Numbered from the stretch's first letter, positions 45,814 through 56,688 are shown. The stretch is DNA of 64,000 bases from Nitrospinales bacterium (GCA_038154245.1 JAYOZP010000002.1:50928-114927); one strand, 5' to 3'. Numbers and translations are program-made. Notes: generated from the letters alone by a model not told the origin.

Positions 45814-48165
45814 GTGGCATTTGACAAAGCAAAATACGCTAAAAAGTTTGCGTCGGGCGAGGCAAAAGACCATATAATTGGTTTAAGTCAAGGTATTTTA
45901 GACTTAGAAAAAAATCCTGAGCATACGGATACGCTTAAGCAAATTTTTCGCATTGCCCATACCTTAAAGGGTTCTTCTAAAATGTTTGGTTTAACAGAGA
46001 TGAGCGAAGTTGCCCATCGTTTAGAAGACGCCTTAGAAGCTTTTTCAGAAAAACGCATTTCTCCCTCTAAAGTTCTTTTTAACTTATTATTACAATCCGT
46101 TGATTTTTTAACCGACATTTCTGAAGCCGCTGCAAAAGGGGAAGTATTCGAAGGCGACTTGAAGCCATTATTTAAACGCTTAGAGGGTGCGGCAAAGGGG
46201 CAACTAGAAGAACCCTCTCCTGGTATAAACAAACCTGAGATAGAAACTTTTCCAGTCGAGCCTCAAGAAGAGGTTCCCGAAATTACCCCGGAAGTAGTTA
46301 TTACCGAAAAGGATGAAACCTTAGAATCTCCTCTTATAGCTCATGAAACGGAAAAAATTGAAGACCCTCCTGAAACCTCTTTCCTCAAAGAAACTACAGA
46401 GATAGCTAAAAAATCTGAAGATGGGTCTAACTCACGTCTAAAGGAAAAAGAAAATGAGACTATTAGAATTCCCGCTAAAAAACTCGATGTGGCTATAAAA
46501 CTAATGGGTGAAGTTTTATCCAATCAAGGACAAATGAGACAGGATTTAGAGCTGCTTGACGAATTAGAAACTCCAAATAGAAAACAAAAAGAAGTTATTT
46601 CTAAATTACAAGGTCTTAGTAATGGTATAGATCCTCAATTCAAAGCAGATATTCTTACTATATTGCGAGATTATCGAAGTAAGACTAGAAGTTTTATGGA
46701 ACGAGCTAGAGATAACCTTAGCGTTCAAGGGTTGCTGACTGACGATTTGCGAGATTATGTCTTAAGAATGGGAATGCTTCCCATTTCAACGGTTTTCGAT
46801 AGTTTTCCTAGATTAGTAAGAGATATTTCTCATTCACTGAATAAAGAAGTTGAATTAGTTTTAAAAGGAGGAGACACCGAACTTGATAATAAGATTATTG
46901 AGCAAATTGGGCCTTCACTCGTTCATTTGATACGCAATAGCCTTGATCATGGGATAGAGTCCCCAGAAGAAAGAGTTCGAGCGGGTAAATCTCTAAAAGG
47001 AACCATAACAATTGAAGCTCGTTACGAAGGTGGAAATGTTGTCGTTGAAATTGAAGACGATGGTCGTGGCATCCAAGTTGAGAAAATAAAAGAAAAAGCG
47101 CTTAAGCAAAAAATAATGGATAAGGAAACACTGCTTAGTATTTCGCGATCCGAAATAATTGATTTGATTTTTACTCCAAACTTTAGCACCAGTTCTTTCA
47201 TTACCGATGTTTCTGGAAGAGGAGTAGGAATGGATGTCGTTAAAGAAAACATTGTGGAGCGATTTAACGGTTTAATCGCTATTGAAACTTTAGAAGGGAA
47301 AGGGACTAGGTTCGTTGTTAAATTACCTTTAACTCTAGCCATAGTGAGAGCTCTAGTATTTTCAGGTTTTTCAGGCTTAAGATTAGCCGTTCCTGTTACC
47401 TCAATAGACGAAATTATCCGATTACCTCAAGATCAAATTTTGGAAGTTGTTAATAAACGAGCGGTTCGATTGCGCGAACAGCTTATTCCAATTTATTATT
47501 TAGAAAATTTTATTGGACTTCCAGAAGTTGAAGCGTCGGAATCTTCCGAGCCAGTAGTGCTTATTCTTTCGATGGGAAACGATAAGTTAGGATTAATGGT
47601 TGAGTCAATAATTACGGAGGAAGATTTAGAAACTAAAATATTACCGGTTCATCTGCGCGATGTTGATTTTATAGCTGGAGCCGCAGCCATTGGCAGGGAC
47701 GATATTATTTCTCTAATTCACGTTCCAACTTTATTTGAATTGCGAAAAGAAATTAAATATGGAAAATCCAGCGGTAAAGCCGAAGATGAATCGAAAAAAG
47801 ACTTACACATTTTAGTGGTGGACGATTCTCCTAGTACCCGAGAGATTGAAAAAAGTATTCTAGAATCGTATGGATACAGAGTTGACGTTGCTTCTGATGT
47901 AATGGAAGGTTTGGAAAAAGCAAAAAACTTTCAATATAATTTAGTCGTCACCGATATTGAGATGCCAAAACTAGACGGTTTCTCGCTAACAGAAGCGCTA
48001 AGGAAAGAGGAAAAACATTTTTTTACGCCGATTATTATTGTAAGTTCGAGAGATAGAGAAGAAGACAAAAAAAAGGGGATGCAAGTTGGCGCCGACGCAT
48101 ATATTATTAAAGGCGACTTTGAACAATCTAACCTTTTGAGCACCATAAAAAGCCTTATAAGATAA
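45814..48165 (+). CDS. cheA: CheA-type histidine kinase with C-terminal receiver (Hpt-dimerisation-HATPase-CheW-REC)
   Basis: 783 aa from GTG (GGAG 8 nt upstream). Hpt AHTLKGSSKMFG, HATPase HLIRNSLDHGIE/DDGRGI, P5 CheW-like region, REC ILVVDDS...VVTDIEMPKLDG. Confidence 0.85.
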   Translation: MAFDKAKYAKKFASGEAKDHIIGLSQGILDLEKNPEHTDTLKQIFRIAHTLKGSSKMFGLTEMSEVAHRLEDALEAFSEKRISPSKVLFNLLLQSVDFLTDISEAAAKGEVFEGDLKPLFKRLEGAAKGQLEEPSPGINKPEIETFPVEPQEEVPEITPEVVITEKDETLESPLIAHETEKIEDPPETSFLKETTEIAKKSEDGSNSRLKEKENETIRIPAKKLDVAIKLMGEVLSNQGQMRQDLELLDELETPNRKQKEVISKLQGLSNGIDPQFKADILTILRDYRSKTRSFMERARDNLSVQGLLTDDLRDYVLRMGMLPISTVFDSFPRLVRDISHSLNKEVELVLKGGDTELDNKIIEQIGPSLVHLIRNSLDHGIESPEERVRAGKSLKGTITIEARYEGGNVVVEIEDDGRGIQVEKIKEKALKQKIMDKETLLSISRSEIIDLIFTPNFSTSSFITDVSGRGVGMDVVKENIVERFNGLIAIETLEGKGTRFVVKLPLTLAIVRALVFSGFSGLRLAVPVTSIDEIIRLPQDQILEVVNKRAVRLREQLIPIYYLENFIGLPEVEASESSEPVVLILSMGNDKLGLMVESIITEEDLETKILPVHLRDVDFIAGAAAIGRDDIISLIHVPTLFELRKEIKYGKSSGKAEDESKKDLHILVVDDSPSTREIEKSILESYGYRVDVASDVMEGLEKAKNFQYNLVVTDIEMPKLDGFSLTEALRKEEKHFFTPIIIVSSRDREEDKKKGMQVGADAYIIKGDFEQSNLLSTIKSLIR

Positions 48166-48189
48166 ACTTTTTTACTAAAAATTATATAT

Positions 48190-50157
48190 ATGAAAAAAAG
48201 CAAATTATTAATCGTCGACGACGAGTTCGGTATTCGCGAAATGTTATCCGATATTATGGTTGCTGGAGATTTTGAGGTTGAAACAGCGGAGAATGGTTCG
48301 AATGCTCTTGAAAAGTTGGTTGAACATCCCGAAATAGATCTTATTGTTTCTGATATGGATATGCCAAAGATGACTGGCGTCGAAATGATTCAGCATATTA
48401 GAGCCGCTGGAAACGATATTCCGGTTGTAATCCTAACTGCCAACAGTCAAATTCAGATCGCATTAAATGCGTTAGAGCAAGGCGCGAGCGACTATTTGTT
48501 AAAAGACGAGAATATAGAAGATACGTTGATAATTGCGGTAAATAAAGTGTTGGAGAAAAAAAGAATTATCCAACAAAACCAAAAATTAATGGAAGATATT
48601 ACCGCAGTAAATACAGAGTTAGAAAAAATAGTAAAAAATATGACTGAAATTGGCACCGCTCTTTCAGCCGAAAGAAATAGAAATGCCTTATTAGAACTTG
48701 TCATTTCGCATGTTAGGCAACTAACAAAAGCCGATGCGGGAACTCTATATATTTTTGAGTCAAATCGTCTTCATTTTCAAATAGTACAAAACGGAAGCTT
48801 AGGGATTACGATGGGAGGGGTGTCGGGAAAACCTATTACATTTCCCCCTGTAGAATTAACAGAATCCAATGTATCCGCTTATGCCGCAATTAAAGGTGTT
48901 CCTATTAATATTCCCGATGTTTATAATTCCGACTTATTCGATTTTACAGGTCCCAAAAAGTTTGACGCTTCAACTGGTTATAGATCTAAATCTATGCTTG
49001 TTGTTCCTATGAAAAATCATGAAGATGAAGTGGTCGGAGTTTTACAACTCTTAAATTCAATAGATTCAATAACTGGCGAAATAGTTCCTTTTTCAGACGC
49101 GACTCAAGATTTAGCCGTTTCTGTGGCTTCGCAAGCCGCTGTTGCCATTTCAAATATGAATTTAGTGAAAAGCCTTGAAGGTTTATTTGAAGCGTTTGTT
49201 GATGTTATGGCCACAGCGATTGACGAAAAATCCCCAGTAACTGGCGGACATATTAGGCGTGTCGCCCAAATGACCATGGAAATGGCTCAAGTGATTAATG
49301 AGCAAAAAGAAGGCAAGTTTAAAGATAATTTCTTCAATGAAGAACAAATGTATGAACTAAAGCTTGCAGGTTATATGCATGATTTAGGTAAGGTTACGAC
49401 ACCGGTTGAAATAGTGGAAAAAGGAAAAAAACTTGAAGCAATTTTTGACCGTATTCAATTTATTGATTTAAGATTGGCGCATGTAGTTCAGGGGTTAAAA
49501 TTAAGCGCTCTTGAAAAAGAAAATGAATTGCTTTCCCAAAACGCGTCGGGTGACGCTATACAAGATTTAAAAAGCGAAACAGAGAAAAAAGTAGAACAAT
49601 TTATCGAAATTCGGAGTTTTATTAATCGATGTAATGAGCCTGGAGAGTTTTTAGAAGATGAGAAAGTTGATCGACTCCAGGAAATTGCCAAAATGACCTA
49701 TACTGATGAAAATGGTAATGAACAAAATCTTTTAACTGAAAATGAGCTTTTAAATTTGTCTATAAGAAGAGGAAGTATTACTGAAGCAGAAAGAAAGCAA
49801 ATGCAAAACCATGCTGCTGTGACTATAAAAATGTTAAATCAAATTCCTTTTACTAACAAATTATCGCGAATTCCTACTTTCGCTGGAGCTCATCATGAAT
49901 GTATAAATGGAAAAGGTTATCCATTAGGGTTAAAAGGGGATGAAATTCCTTTTGAAGGGAAACTAATGGCCGTTACAGATATTGCGGAAGCTTTGACAGC
50001 TGCTGATAGGCCTTATAAAAAAGCAATGCCTCTTTCTGTTGTAAATAAGATTTTACGTTCAATGGCCGAAAATAATGAATTAGATAAGGATATGGTGGAG
50101 CTATTTATTAATGAAAATGTATATGGTCGATATAAAGAAAAATATGAAAATCAGTAA
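48190..50157 (+). CDS. response regulator REC-GAF-HD-GYP
   Basis: 655 aa. REC LLIVDDE...IVSDMDMPKMTG, a central GAF-like region, HD-GYP motifs YMHDLGKV and HHECINGKGYP. Confidence 0.8.
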   Translation: MKKSKLLIVDDEFGIREMLSDIMVAGDFEVETAENGSNALEKLVEHPEIDLIVSDMDMPKMTGVEMIQHIRAAGNDIPVVILTANSQIQIALNALEQGASDYLLKDENIEDTLIIAVNKVLEKKRIIQQNQKLMEDITAVNTELEKIVKNMTEIGTALSAERNRNALLELVISHVRQLTKADAGTLYIFESNRLHFQIVQNGSLGITMGGVSGKPITFPPVELTESNVSAYAAIKGVPINIPDVYNSDLFDFTGPKKFDASTGYRSKSMLVVPMKNHEDEVVGVLQLLNSIDSITGEIVPFSDATQDLAVSVASQAAVAISNMNLVKSLEGLFEAFVDVMATAIDEKSPVTGGHIRRVAQMTMEMAQVINEQKEGKFKDNFFNEEQMYELKLAGYMHDLGKVTTPVEIVEKGKKLEAIFDRIQFIDLRLAHVVQGLKLSALEKENELLSQNASGDAIQDLKSETEKKVEQFIEIRSFINRCNEPGEFLEDEKVDRLQEIAKMTYTDENGNEQNLLTENELLNLSIRRGSITEAERKQMQNHAAVTIKMLNQIPFTNKLSRIPTFAGAHHECINGKGYPLGLKGDEIPFEGKLMAVTDIAEALTAADRPYKKAMPLSVVNKILRSMAENNELDKDMVELFINENVYGRYKEKYENQ

Positions 50158-50243
50158 TAAGTTTTAACGTTTTTTGAAATCCACAAAATTTAAAAATACC
50201 CTCCTTTTTTAACTATTAAGATTTTTCTCTCATAGATTAAATT

Positions 50244-51086
50244 ATGGCGTTAATTCCTCCTCATTTTTTTGACTGCGTCATCGCTATTGGAGTTCGTGAA
50301 AATAAAGATCGCATTAAATGGATCGGCACAGGTTCTTTAATAGGTAGATTATTTCGTAAAGTTTCCGAAGGTAAGAGCGAATACTATATTTATATAGTAA
50401 CCAACCGACATGTCTTGAAAGACCATAAGACGGTTGTTGTTAGGTTTAATCCAATGGGATCAGAACCGGCTAAGGATTTTGATATTCCTCTATTTGATTC
50501 TAAAGGAATTTCTTATTGGTATGCGCATCCTAAGGCTGATATAGCGGCGATAGGAATCGACGCTGATTTTCTTAAACATGAAAAGATTTCTTATAGTTTT
50601 TTTAAGTCGGATTCTAATAGTATGGTCTTATCCGAGATGTATAAAAACGGGGTTTCGGAAGGAGATTTTATTTACGTATTAGGTTTTCCAATGGGAATTG
50701 TCGACTTAGATCGCCAATATGTAATCGCGAGGTCGGGGATCATTGCTAGATTAAGAGATGCCCAGGAAAAGCAGGGGAAAGAGTATTTGGTAGACGCTTT
50801 TGTGTTTCCTGGAAATAGCGGAGGTCCTGTAATTTATAAGCCGGAAATAATTAGCGTTGAGGGAACGCAATCGGTTGCAAAACCTTCGTTGATCGGTATT
50901 GTTTCAGGGTATTTATCTTTTAAAGACAATGCAGTGAGTCAACAAACTGGAAAAACTAGAGTTGTTTTTGAAGAAAATTCGGGCCTGGCTACTGTTATAC
51001 CCGTTGATTATGTATTAGAAACCATCGATTTATGTTTTCAAGCTAGGAATGCTAAGGACTTTACCGCTTCTTTCAGATTACCTTAA
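50244..51086 (+). CDS. trypsin-like (S1/chymotrypsin fold) serine protease without signal peptide
   Basis: 280 aa. Triad candidates TNRHV (His), ADIAAI (Asp), GNSGGPV (Ser). No N-terminal hydrophobic leader and no PDZ domain. Confidence 0.65.
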   Translation: MALIPPHFFDCVIAIGVRENKDRIKWIGTGSLIGRLFRKVSEGKSEYYIYIVTNRHVLKDHKTVVVRFNPMGSEPAKDFDIPLFDSKGISYWYAHPKADIAAIGIDADFLKHEKISYSFFKSDSNSMVLSEMYKNGVSEGDFIYVLGFPMGIVDLDRQYVIARSGIIARLRDAQEKQGKEYLVDAFVFPGNSGGPVIYKPEIISVEGTQSVAKPSLIGIVSGYLSFKDNAVSQQTGKTRVVFEENSGLATVIPVDYVLETIDLCFQARNAKDFTASFRLP

Positions 51087-51094
51087 ATAAAGAA

Positions 51095-51967
51095 CTATGA
51101 CGCATAAAAACCTATGATTTTTTTTACCGATGATAAATAGGAGCCGCCAAATAAATTAAGGTGATTTAATAAGTGATAAAGGTTAAATAGATCTCGTCTT
51201 TCGTTATATCCAGGGTTTAATGGAAAAACCTCAACATAAGAATCAAAAAAAGATTTTGGAGGACTTCCAAAAAGTTCCATCATTGCTAAATCCGCTTCTC
51301 TAAACCCAAAATAGACGGCAGGATCAAACAGACAAGGTTCTCCATTAGGTCCTCCAAAATAGTTTCCCGACCATAAATCCCCATGTAACAGAGCTGGTTT
51401 TTCATTTTCTAGATTAAGCCAGCCGTCTAATTTTTTTTTGATCTTATCTATTTTGTGATCGAGATCGGTTGGAAGCAATCCGTTCTTGCGTGCGAGATTT
51501 TGTTGAAACTCAATACGATGGTCTCTGAAAAAAACGACGCCATTAGATTCTTGGGTGTTAATTTGAGGCGTTTTTCCTATGAAATTGTCGTGATCTAAAC
51601 CGAAAAATTCATTTGAAACGCTATGAAGAACGGCAAGCTTTTTCCCAAAACTTGGGAAATAATCTGTTGGAGTTTCTTCTATAAACTCTAACAAAATGAA
51701 TTTTGGATTTTTTTCGGTATCTAAGCCCAATACTTTAGGAATTCTTGGTCCTGCCGATGCCGAACTTAGTATTTTAAGTCCTTGGGCTTCTTTGTTAAAA
51801 AAATATAAGGGGGGAGAAGAGTGAGATTTTAAAAAAACTTTTTCTTGGTTCGATAATAGAAGAATTTGAGCTTCATTAATTGAACCGCCACCACAATGAG
51901 TGGAACTTTCAATTGAAGTTTTTGTTCCATAGATCTTTGATAAAACTTCTAAAACTTTTGATTTCAT
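51095..51967 (-). CDS. fructosamine/ketosamine-3-kinase family protein
   Basis: 290 aa. LLHGDLWSGNY and the FDPAVYFGFREADLAM pattern. Confidence 0.8.
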   Translation of the reverse strand: MKSKVLEVLSKIYGTKTSIESSTHCGGGSINEAQILLLSNQEKVFLKSHSSPPLYFFNKEAQGLKILSSASAGPRIPKVLGLDTEKNPKFILLEFIEETPTDYFPSFGKKLAVLHSVSNEFFGLDHDNFIGKTPQINTQESNGVVFFRDHRIEFQQNLARKNGLLPTDLDHKIDKIKKKLDGWLNLENEKPALLHGDLWSGNYFGGPNGEPCLFDPAVYFGFREADLAMMELFGSPPKSFFDSYVEVFPLNPGYNERRDLFNLYHLLNHLNLFGGSYLSSVKKIIGFYAS

Positions 51968-52470
51968 TAACGATTGAAAAAATTTGTTTTTATAAACTCA
52001 AGAATTTTAGGCGAGGTTCTATGAACGATATTAAAAACATTGTCGAAACCCTCGTCGCCTCCGTAATATGGATCGGGAACATCTAAAGGTTGTGTTGAAA
52101 TACGTTCTGGATCAAAAGACCGGAATAATTGTAGTTTTGTTTTTGCTGTAGAGGGGGAGCAAAGTGCTGATAAATCCATTAAATTTGACTGATCCATAGC
52201 GAAAACTAAGTCAAATCGATCAAAATCTTCAGATTGAAATTGACGGGCTAGCGAATTCAAGGCAACGCCATTTTTGCGAGCTGTTGCCTGCATCCTCTTG
52301 TCGGGAGGATTCCCTACATGCCAATTTCCTGTTCCGGCAGATTCGATATGAATCAGATCCTGACAATTCTCTTTTTCGATTAAAGTTTCAAAAACACCTT
52401 GCGCAAGAGGCGATCTGCAAATATTCCCTAAGCATACAAAACAAATTTTTACTGAATTAGCTGAAGGCAT
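51967..52470 (-). CDS. low-molecular-weight protein tyrosine phosphatase
   Basis: 167 aa. P-loop CLGNICRS (CX5R) and DP motif. Its stop overlaps the next start (TAATG). Confidence 0.9.
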   Translation of the reverse strand: MPSANSVKICFVCLGNICRSPLAQGVFETLIEKENCQDLIHIESAGTGNWHVGNPPDKRMQATARKNGVALNSLARQFQSEDFDRFDLVFAMDQSNLMDLSALCSPSTAKTKLQLFRSFDPERISTQPLDVPDPYYGGDEGFDNVFNIVHRTSPKILEFIKTNFFNR

Positions 52471-52828
52471 AATGGTTAATTTGAGGGTTGAATTGGATTA
52501 AAAGTTTTAACTTAATAGAGTTTGATTCTTTTACTTATAAAAAAGAACTTATAAGGTTAGTTCCTTCGTTGATTTCAAGGAATTTTCCGTTTAATATGGC
52601 TTTTTGCAAAATTTATGAAGCATATCAGGGCGTTATTTTATCTTTTTTAATTATAGCCCGCAATCCATAAAGAGTTTTCCTAACAAGTTGTTGTAAGAGA
52701 TTTTCTTTTATATTTCTATCTTAATTAAACTTCATTTAAAAATATTAAATTACAGTCCTTTCTAATTGCGGAGGGAATTTTTGATAATTTTAAGTTCTAT
52801 TCATTAATTCAAACTAGGAGGTTGGGTT

Positions 52829-54118
52829 TTGATTTCCCGTTACACTCTTCCTGAAATGGGAGCCATTTGGGAACCTAAAAATAAGTTCGATATTTGGCTT
52901 AAAATTGAAATTGCGGCTTGCGAAGCGTGGGCTGATTTGGGAGAGATCCCTAAAAAGGCTCTTGAAGAAATTCAAAAAAAAGCCGATTTCAACATTCAAC
53001 GAATTGATGAAATTGAAAAAGAAACAAGACATGATGTTATTGCATTTACTACTTGTGTATCAGAGTATGTTGGTCCAGCCTCGCGTTATATTCATTTAGG
53101 GCTGACCTCTTCGGATGTAGTTGACACAGCTTTTGGAGTTCAATTAAAACAAGCTTCTAAATTAATAATTAAAAAATTAGAAGGTTTTCGCGATGTTCTA
53201 AAAAAACAGGCTCACCATTATAAAAATACGGTAACAATTGGACGGTCGCATGGAATCCATGGAGAACCGACAACCTTTGGATTAAAACTAGCGAATTGGT
53301 ATTCGGAAGTATGTCGTAATTTACAAAGAATGAAACGAGCTCGAGATACTATTTCTACTGGACAAATTTCAGGAGCGGTTGGAACATTCGCTAATATTCC
53401 TCCAATAGTTGAAGAATACGTTTGTAAAAAATTGGGATTAAAGCCAGCGGCGATTTCAAGCCAAATTATTCAAAGAGATCGTCACGCAGAGTTTTTTTCC
53501 ACTCTTGCAGTTATTGCTAGTTCTTTAGATAAGTTTGCAGTTGAAATTAGGCATTTACAAAGGACAGAAGTTTTAGAGGCGGAAGAATATTTTTCTGCCG
53601 GGCAAAAAGGTTCTTCTGCAATGCCCCATAAAAGAAACCCCGTTGTTTCGGAACAAATGAGCGGTTTAGCCCGTATCATTAGAGGAAACGCATCGGCGGC
53701 ATTAGAAAATGTTCCGCTTTGGCACGAACGCGATATTAGTCATTCTTCAGTAGAAAGAGTCATTGGGCCAGATAGCTGTATTTTATTGCATTATATGCTG
53801 ACAAAAATGACTCAACTAATGGACAGGTTAATTGTGTACCCCGAAAATATGCGAAAAAATCTTGAAAAAACTGGAGGTTTAATATTTTCTCAATATATAT
53901 TACTTTCCTTAACCCGCAAGGGAGTCTCTAGAGAGGAAGCCTACAAAATTGTACAAAAAAATGCTATGGCTACATGGGAAAAAGGCGGTAGTTTTTTATC
54001 CCGATTAAAGAAAGATCGAGATATAAAGAAGTATTTGACAGTAAAAGAATTAGAAAAATCTTTTGATTTGAATTATCACTTAAAAAATGTAGACACAATT
54101 TTTCAACGCGTTTTCTAA
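52829..54118 (+). CDS. purB: adenylosuccinate lyase
   Basis: 429 aa. TTG start 7 nt after AGGAGG. The signature GSSAMPHKRNP is present. Confidence 0.9.
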   Translation: MISRYTLPEMGAIWEPKNKFDIWLKIEIAACEAWADLGEIPKKALEEIQKKADFNIQRIDEIEKETRHDVIAFTTCVSEYVGPASRYIHLGLTSSDVVDTAFGVQLKQASKLIIKKLEGFRDVLKKQAHHYKNTVTIGRSHGIHGEPTTFGLKLANWYSEVCRNLQRMKRARDTISTGQISGAVGTFANIPPIVEEYVCKKLGLKPAAISSQIIQRDRHAEFFSTLAVIASSLDKFAVEIRHLQRTEVLEAEEYFSAGQKGSSAMPHKRNPVVSEQMSGLARIIRGNASAALENVPLWHERDISHSSVERVIGPDSCILLHYMLTKMTQLMDRLIVYPENMRKNLEKTGGLIFSQYILLSLTRKGVSREEAYKIVQKNAMATWEKGGSFLSRLKKDRDIKKYLTVKELEKSFDLNYHLKNVDTIFQRVF

Positions 54119-54179
54119 AAACTCAAAAGAAAATTTATTGCGTTTTGCTAGTGTCAAAGCCCAAACTAATGGAGGAAAG

Positions 54180-55082
54180 GTGAACAAAACACTAATTTAT
54201 TCGGGTTCCGTAAAAGATGTTTACAAAGTTGAGGATGGAGTTTGCGAATTTGATTTTACTGATAAGGTTTCAGTTTTTGACAAACCCATTGGAAATGTAA
54301 TTCCCGGGAAAGGCGAAACGCTTTGTGATTTAGCGTGCTTTTGGTTTGATGTATTAAAGGATTTAGATATTGGCTGTCATTTTATTGAACGCACAGGACC
54401 AAAAACAATGCGAGTCAAAGAGGTTCAAATTATTCGCGATTATTCAAAAATCATTGATGGTAAGACTAATCACTTAGTTCCATTAGAGTTTATTCTTAGA
54501 CATTATGTTGCGGGTAGTTTTCATGATCGCTTAGTTAAAGGAAAAATAAAACCTGAAAGCTTGGGAGTTTCCGAGGTTCCATATGGAATGGAGTTGCCAG
54601 AACCTTATTTTGAAACTAGCACTAAATTAGAATCTCACGATAGACTGCTTTCGACCGATGAAGCCTTAGAAATCGCTAGGATGGAAAAAGAGCGATTGGA
54701 TGAAATTGAAGATATCTGTATTCGAATAGACGACGCGATGGAAGAACGATTGGAATCTTCTAATTTAATTCATGTGGATGGAAAAAAAGAGTTCGGGTAC
54801 GACAGAGAAGGGAAATTGATGCTGGTTGATGTTTTTGGAACTCCCGATGAAGATAGATATTGGGACAAGAAACGTCGTTTGGAAAATGGAGAGCATATCG
54901 AGTTAAGCAAAGAAGCGGTAAGAACGCATTATCGTAAAAATGGTTATAAAGAAGAGTTAGACGCTGCACGCCAAGCAAAATCAGAAGAACCTCCGATCCC
55001 TGATATGCCCGATAACCTAGTCAATGAAGTTTCAGAGATTTACAAATCTATAGCTGGAGAGATTTTAAAATCTAAAAATTAA
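54180..55082 (+). CDS. purC: SAICAR synthetase (phosphoribosylaminoimidazole-succinocarboxamide synthase)
   Basis: LIYSGSVKDVY start region and the LIHVDGKKEFG pattern. I prefer GTG 54180 (directly after GGAGGAAAG) over the track's TTG 54138. Confidence 0.85.
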   Translation: MNKTLIYSGSVKDVYKVEDGVCEFDFTDKVSVFDKPIGNVIPGKGETLCDLACFWFDVLKDLDIGCHFIERTGPKTMRVKEVQIIRDYSKIIDGKTNHLVPLEFILRHYVAGSFHDRLVKGKIKPESLGVSEVPYGMELPEPYFETSTKLESHDRLLSTDEALEIARMEKERLDEIEDICIRIDDAMEERLESSNLIHVDGKKEFGYDREGKLMLVDVFGTPDEDRYWDKKRRLENGEHIELSKEAVRTHYRKNGYKEELDAARQAKSEEPPIPDMPDNLVNEVSEIYKSIAGEILKSKN

Positions 55083-55095
55083 ATTTATTTACTTA

Positions 55096-55135
55096 GAAAA
55101 CTGGGTTTTACAAGCGGTCGTTCGTAAAACCCAGT
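55096..55135 (-). terminator. rho-independent terminator for the minus-strand kinase operon (hairpin also faces purC)
   Basis: Perfect 12-bp stem ACTGGGTTTTAC (55100-55111) / GTAAAACCCAGT (55124-55135). On the minus strand it is followed by TTTT (complement of 55096-55099). Confidence 0.6.
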
Positions 55136-55200
55136 AAATACATCGGTTTAAGATTGTCTTTTTAATGTATTAAAATGGGTAAATCTCATCGGTAATTTTG

Positions 55201-56688
55201 CTAATCTTTTATAAATAAAGGAAGCCAAAGCTTTACGGTTGAACCTTCGTTTTCTTTACTTGAAATTTCCACCCCGCCTTGATGCTGATTCATTATTTCT
55301 TTTACTATCGGCAAACCCAAGCCAACCCCAAAACTTTTAGTGCTATACAGCGGAGTAAAAATATTCTTAAACTCTTCTTCCGGAATTCCTAACGCGGTAT
55401 CTATAAAAAAGATTTCTAATACATTGGAATTTAAAACGGTATTTATATTAAAGTTTAAACCGCTAATCGTTTCGCCCTTTTTATCGGTTTGAGATTTTTT
55501 TTCAGAAAGAGCTTGAAGAGCGTTTTCTATAACGTTGATGATAGCTCTTCGAAGCCTTTCTTTATAGATTAAAACAGAAACCTTTGAATTAAAGTCTTCC
55601 CGAACGGAAAAATCATTATCAAGTTTTTGTTCATTAAGAATTTCACTTAAAAATTTATCGATTTGAACCCATTCTTTTTTGGGAGAATGAGGCCTGGCAA
55701 AGTCGAGTAATTCTTCTATTATGCTGTTGCAACGAACGATATTTCGTTCAACCATTTCTAAAAGGTTGTGGCTATTTTCGTCGTTTTTAGGCACTGAATA
55801 AGATATTGAAAAGATAACGTTTCGAATGGTTCCTAAAGGATTTCTAAGTTCATGAGCAACTTTTGCGGATAGTTCGCCTAACAAAGCTAATCGTTCTTTT
55901 TGAACAAGTTCTTTTTGCGCAGTTTTTAATTTATCGGTTCGTTCTTCTACAAGTTGTTCTAAGTTATCTCGATACTGCCTAAGTTCTAAGTTTCCTTTTT
56001 GAATTTGAGAGAGCATATCGTTAAAACCATCAAATAGAGTGCCCAATTCGTCTTTGCTATCCCGGTGAACTCGAATTGCGTAGTCTGATTTTGTTGCAAC
56101 CAATTTTGCCGTATTAGTTAGTGAAATAATGGGATCTGAAATAACTCTTTGCACTCTTATGGAAAAAAAGAATGAAAACAGCAAAGCGATAAACATGACC
56201 AAGCCAACAAAGACTAAATATTTATCTCTTTGCACCTGAAGATTTTTTAAATGGGAATAAAGATAGATACTGCCGATTTTCTCGCCTTTTAAAGTAATTG
56301 GGCGAAATATTTCAACATGATCGTCGGCAACAATATGACCAACTTTTATTAATTCTAGGCTTGGAGATGGTTCTTTTTTTATTCGAGAGTAAGAGGCGAA
56401 AGGAGCTCCGTTTTCATCATAAAGCGCAACGAAAAGAATTTGCGGTTCTTCTTTGACATAGGATAGCGTATTTTTTGCCGTAATTGGATCTCCAAACTCT
56501 AGCGCCGATCTGCTATTAGCGCCTACGACTCCAGCTAATGTGCTAAGGTTGTTTACTAAATTTGTTTTGAATGTCTGAGTATCTTTTATAATGAAGAAAA
56601 AACTTGAGAACAGTAAAGTTAAGAAAGTTGTTCCCAAGAGAATTATTGTGAGCTTGGCCCTAATTCGGAGATCTTTTAAAATTTGCAT
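55201..56688 (-). CDS. sensor histidine kinase (2 TM, HAMP, HisKA, HATPase)
   Basis: 495 aa. HAMP region, H-box AHELRNPLGTI, G-box GVGLGLPIV. Confidence 0.8.
   Translation of the reverse strand: MQILKDLRIRAKLTIILLGTTFLTLLFSSFFFIIKDTQTFKTNLVNNLSTLAGVVGANSRSALEFGDPITAKNTLSYVKEEPQILFVALYDENGAPFASYSRIKKEPSPSLELIKVGHIVADDHVEIFRPITLKGEKIGSIYLYSHLKNLQVQRDKYLVFVGLVMFIALLFSFFFSIRVQRVISDPIISLTNTAKLVATKSDYAIRVHRDSKDELGTLFDGFNDMLSQIQKGNLELRQYRDNLEQLVEERTDKLKTAQKELVQKERLALLGELSAKVAHELRNPLGTIRNVIFSISYSVPKNDENSHNLLEMVERNIVRCNSIIEELLDFARPHSPKKEWVQIDKFLSEILNEQKLDNDFSVREDFNSKVSVLIYKERLRRAIINVIENALQALSEKKSQTDKKGETISGLNFNINTVLNSNVLEIFFIDTALGIPEEEFKNIFTPLYSTKSFGVGLGLPIVKEIMNQHQGGVEISSKENEGSTVKLWLPLFIKD

Noticed and set aside
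54138-54179. The track's TTG start for purC (adds MRFASVKAQTNGGK)
   Set aside because: GTG 54180 directly follows GGAGGAAAG and gives the conserved N-terminus. The upstream extension is likely untranslated.
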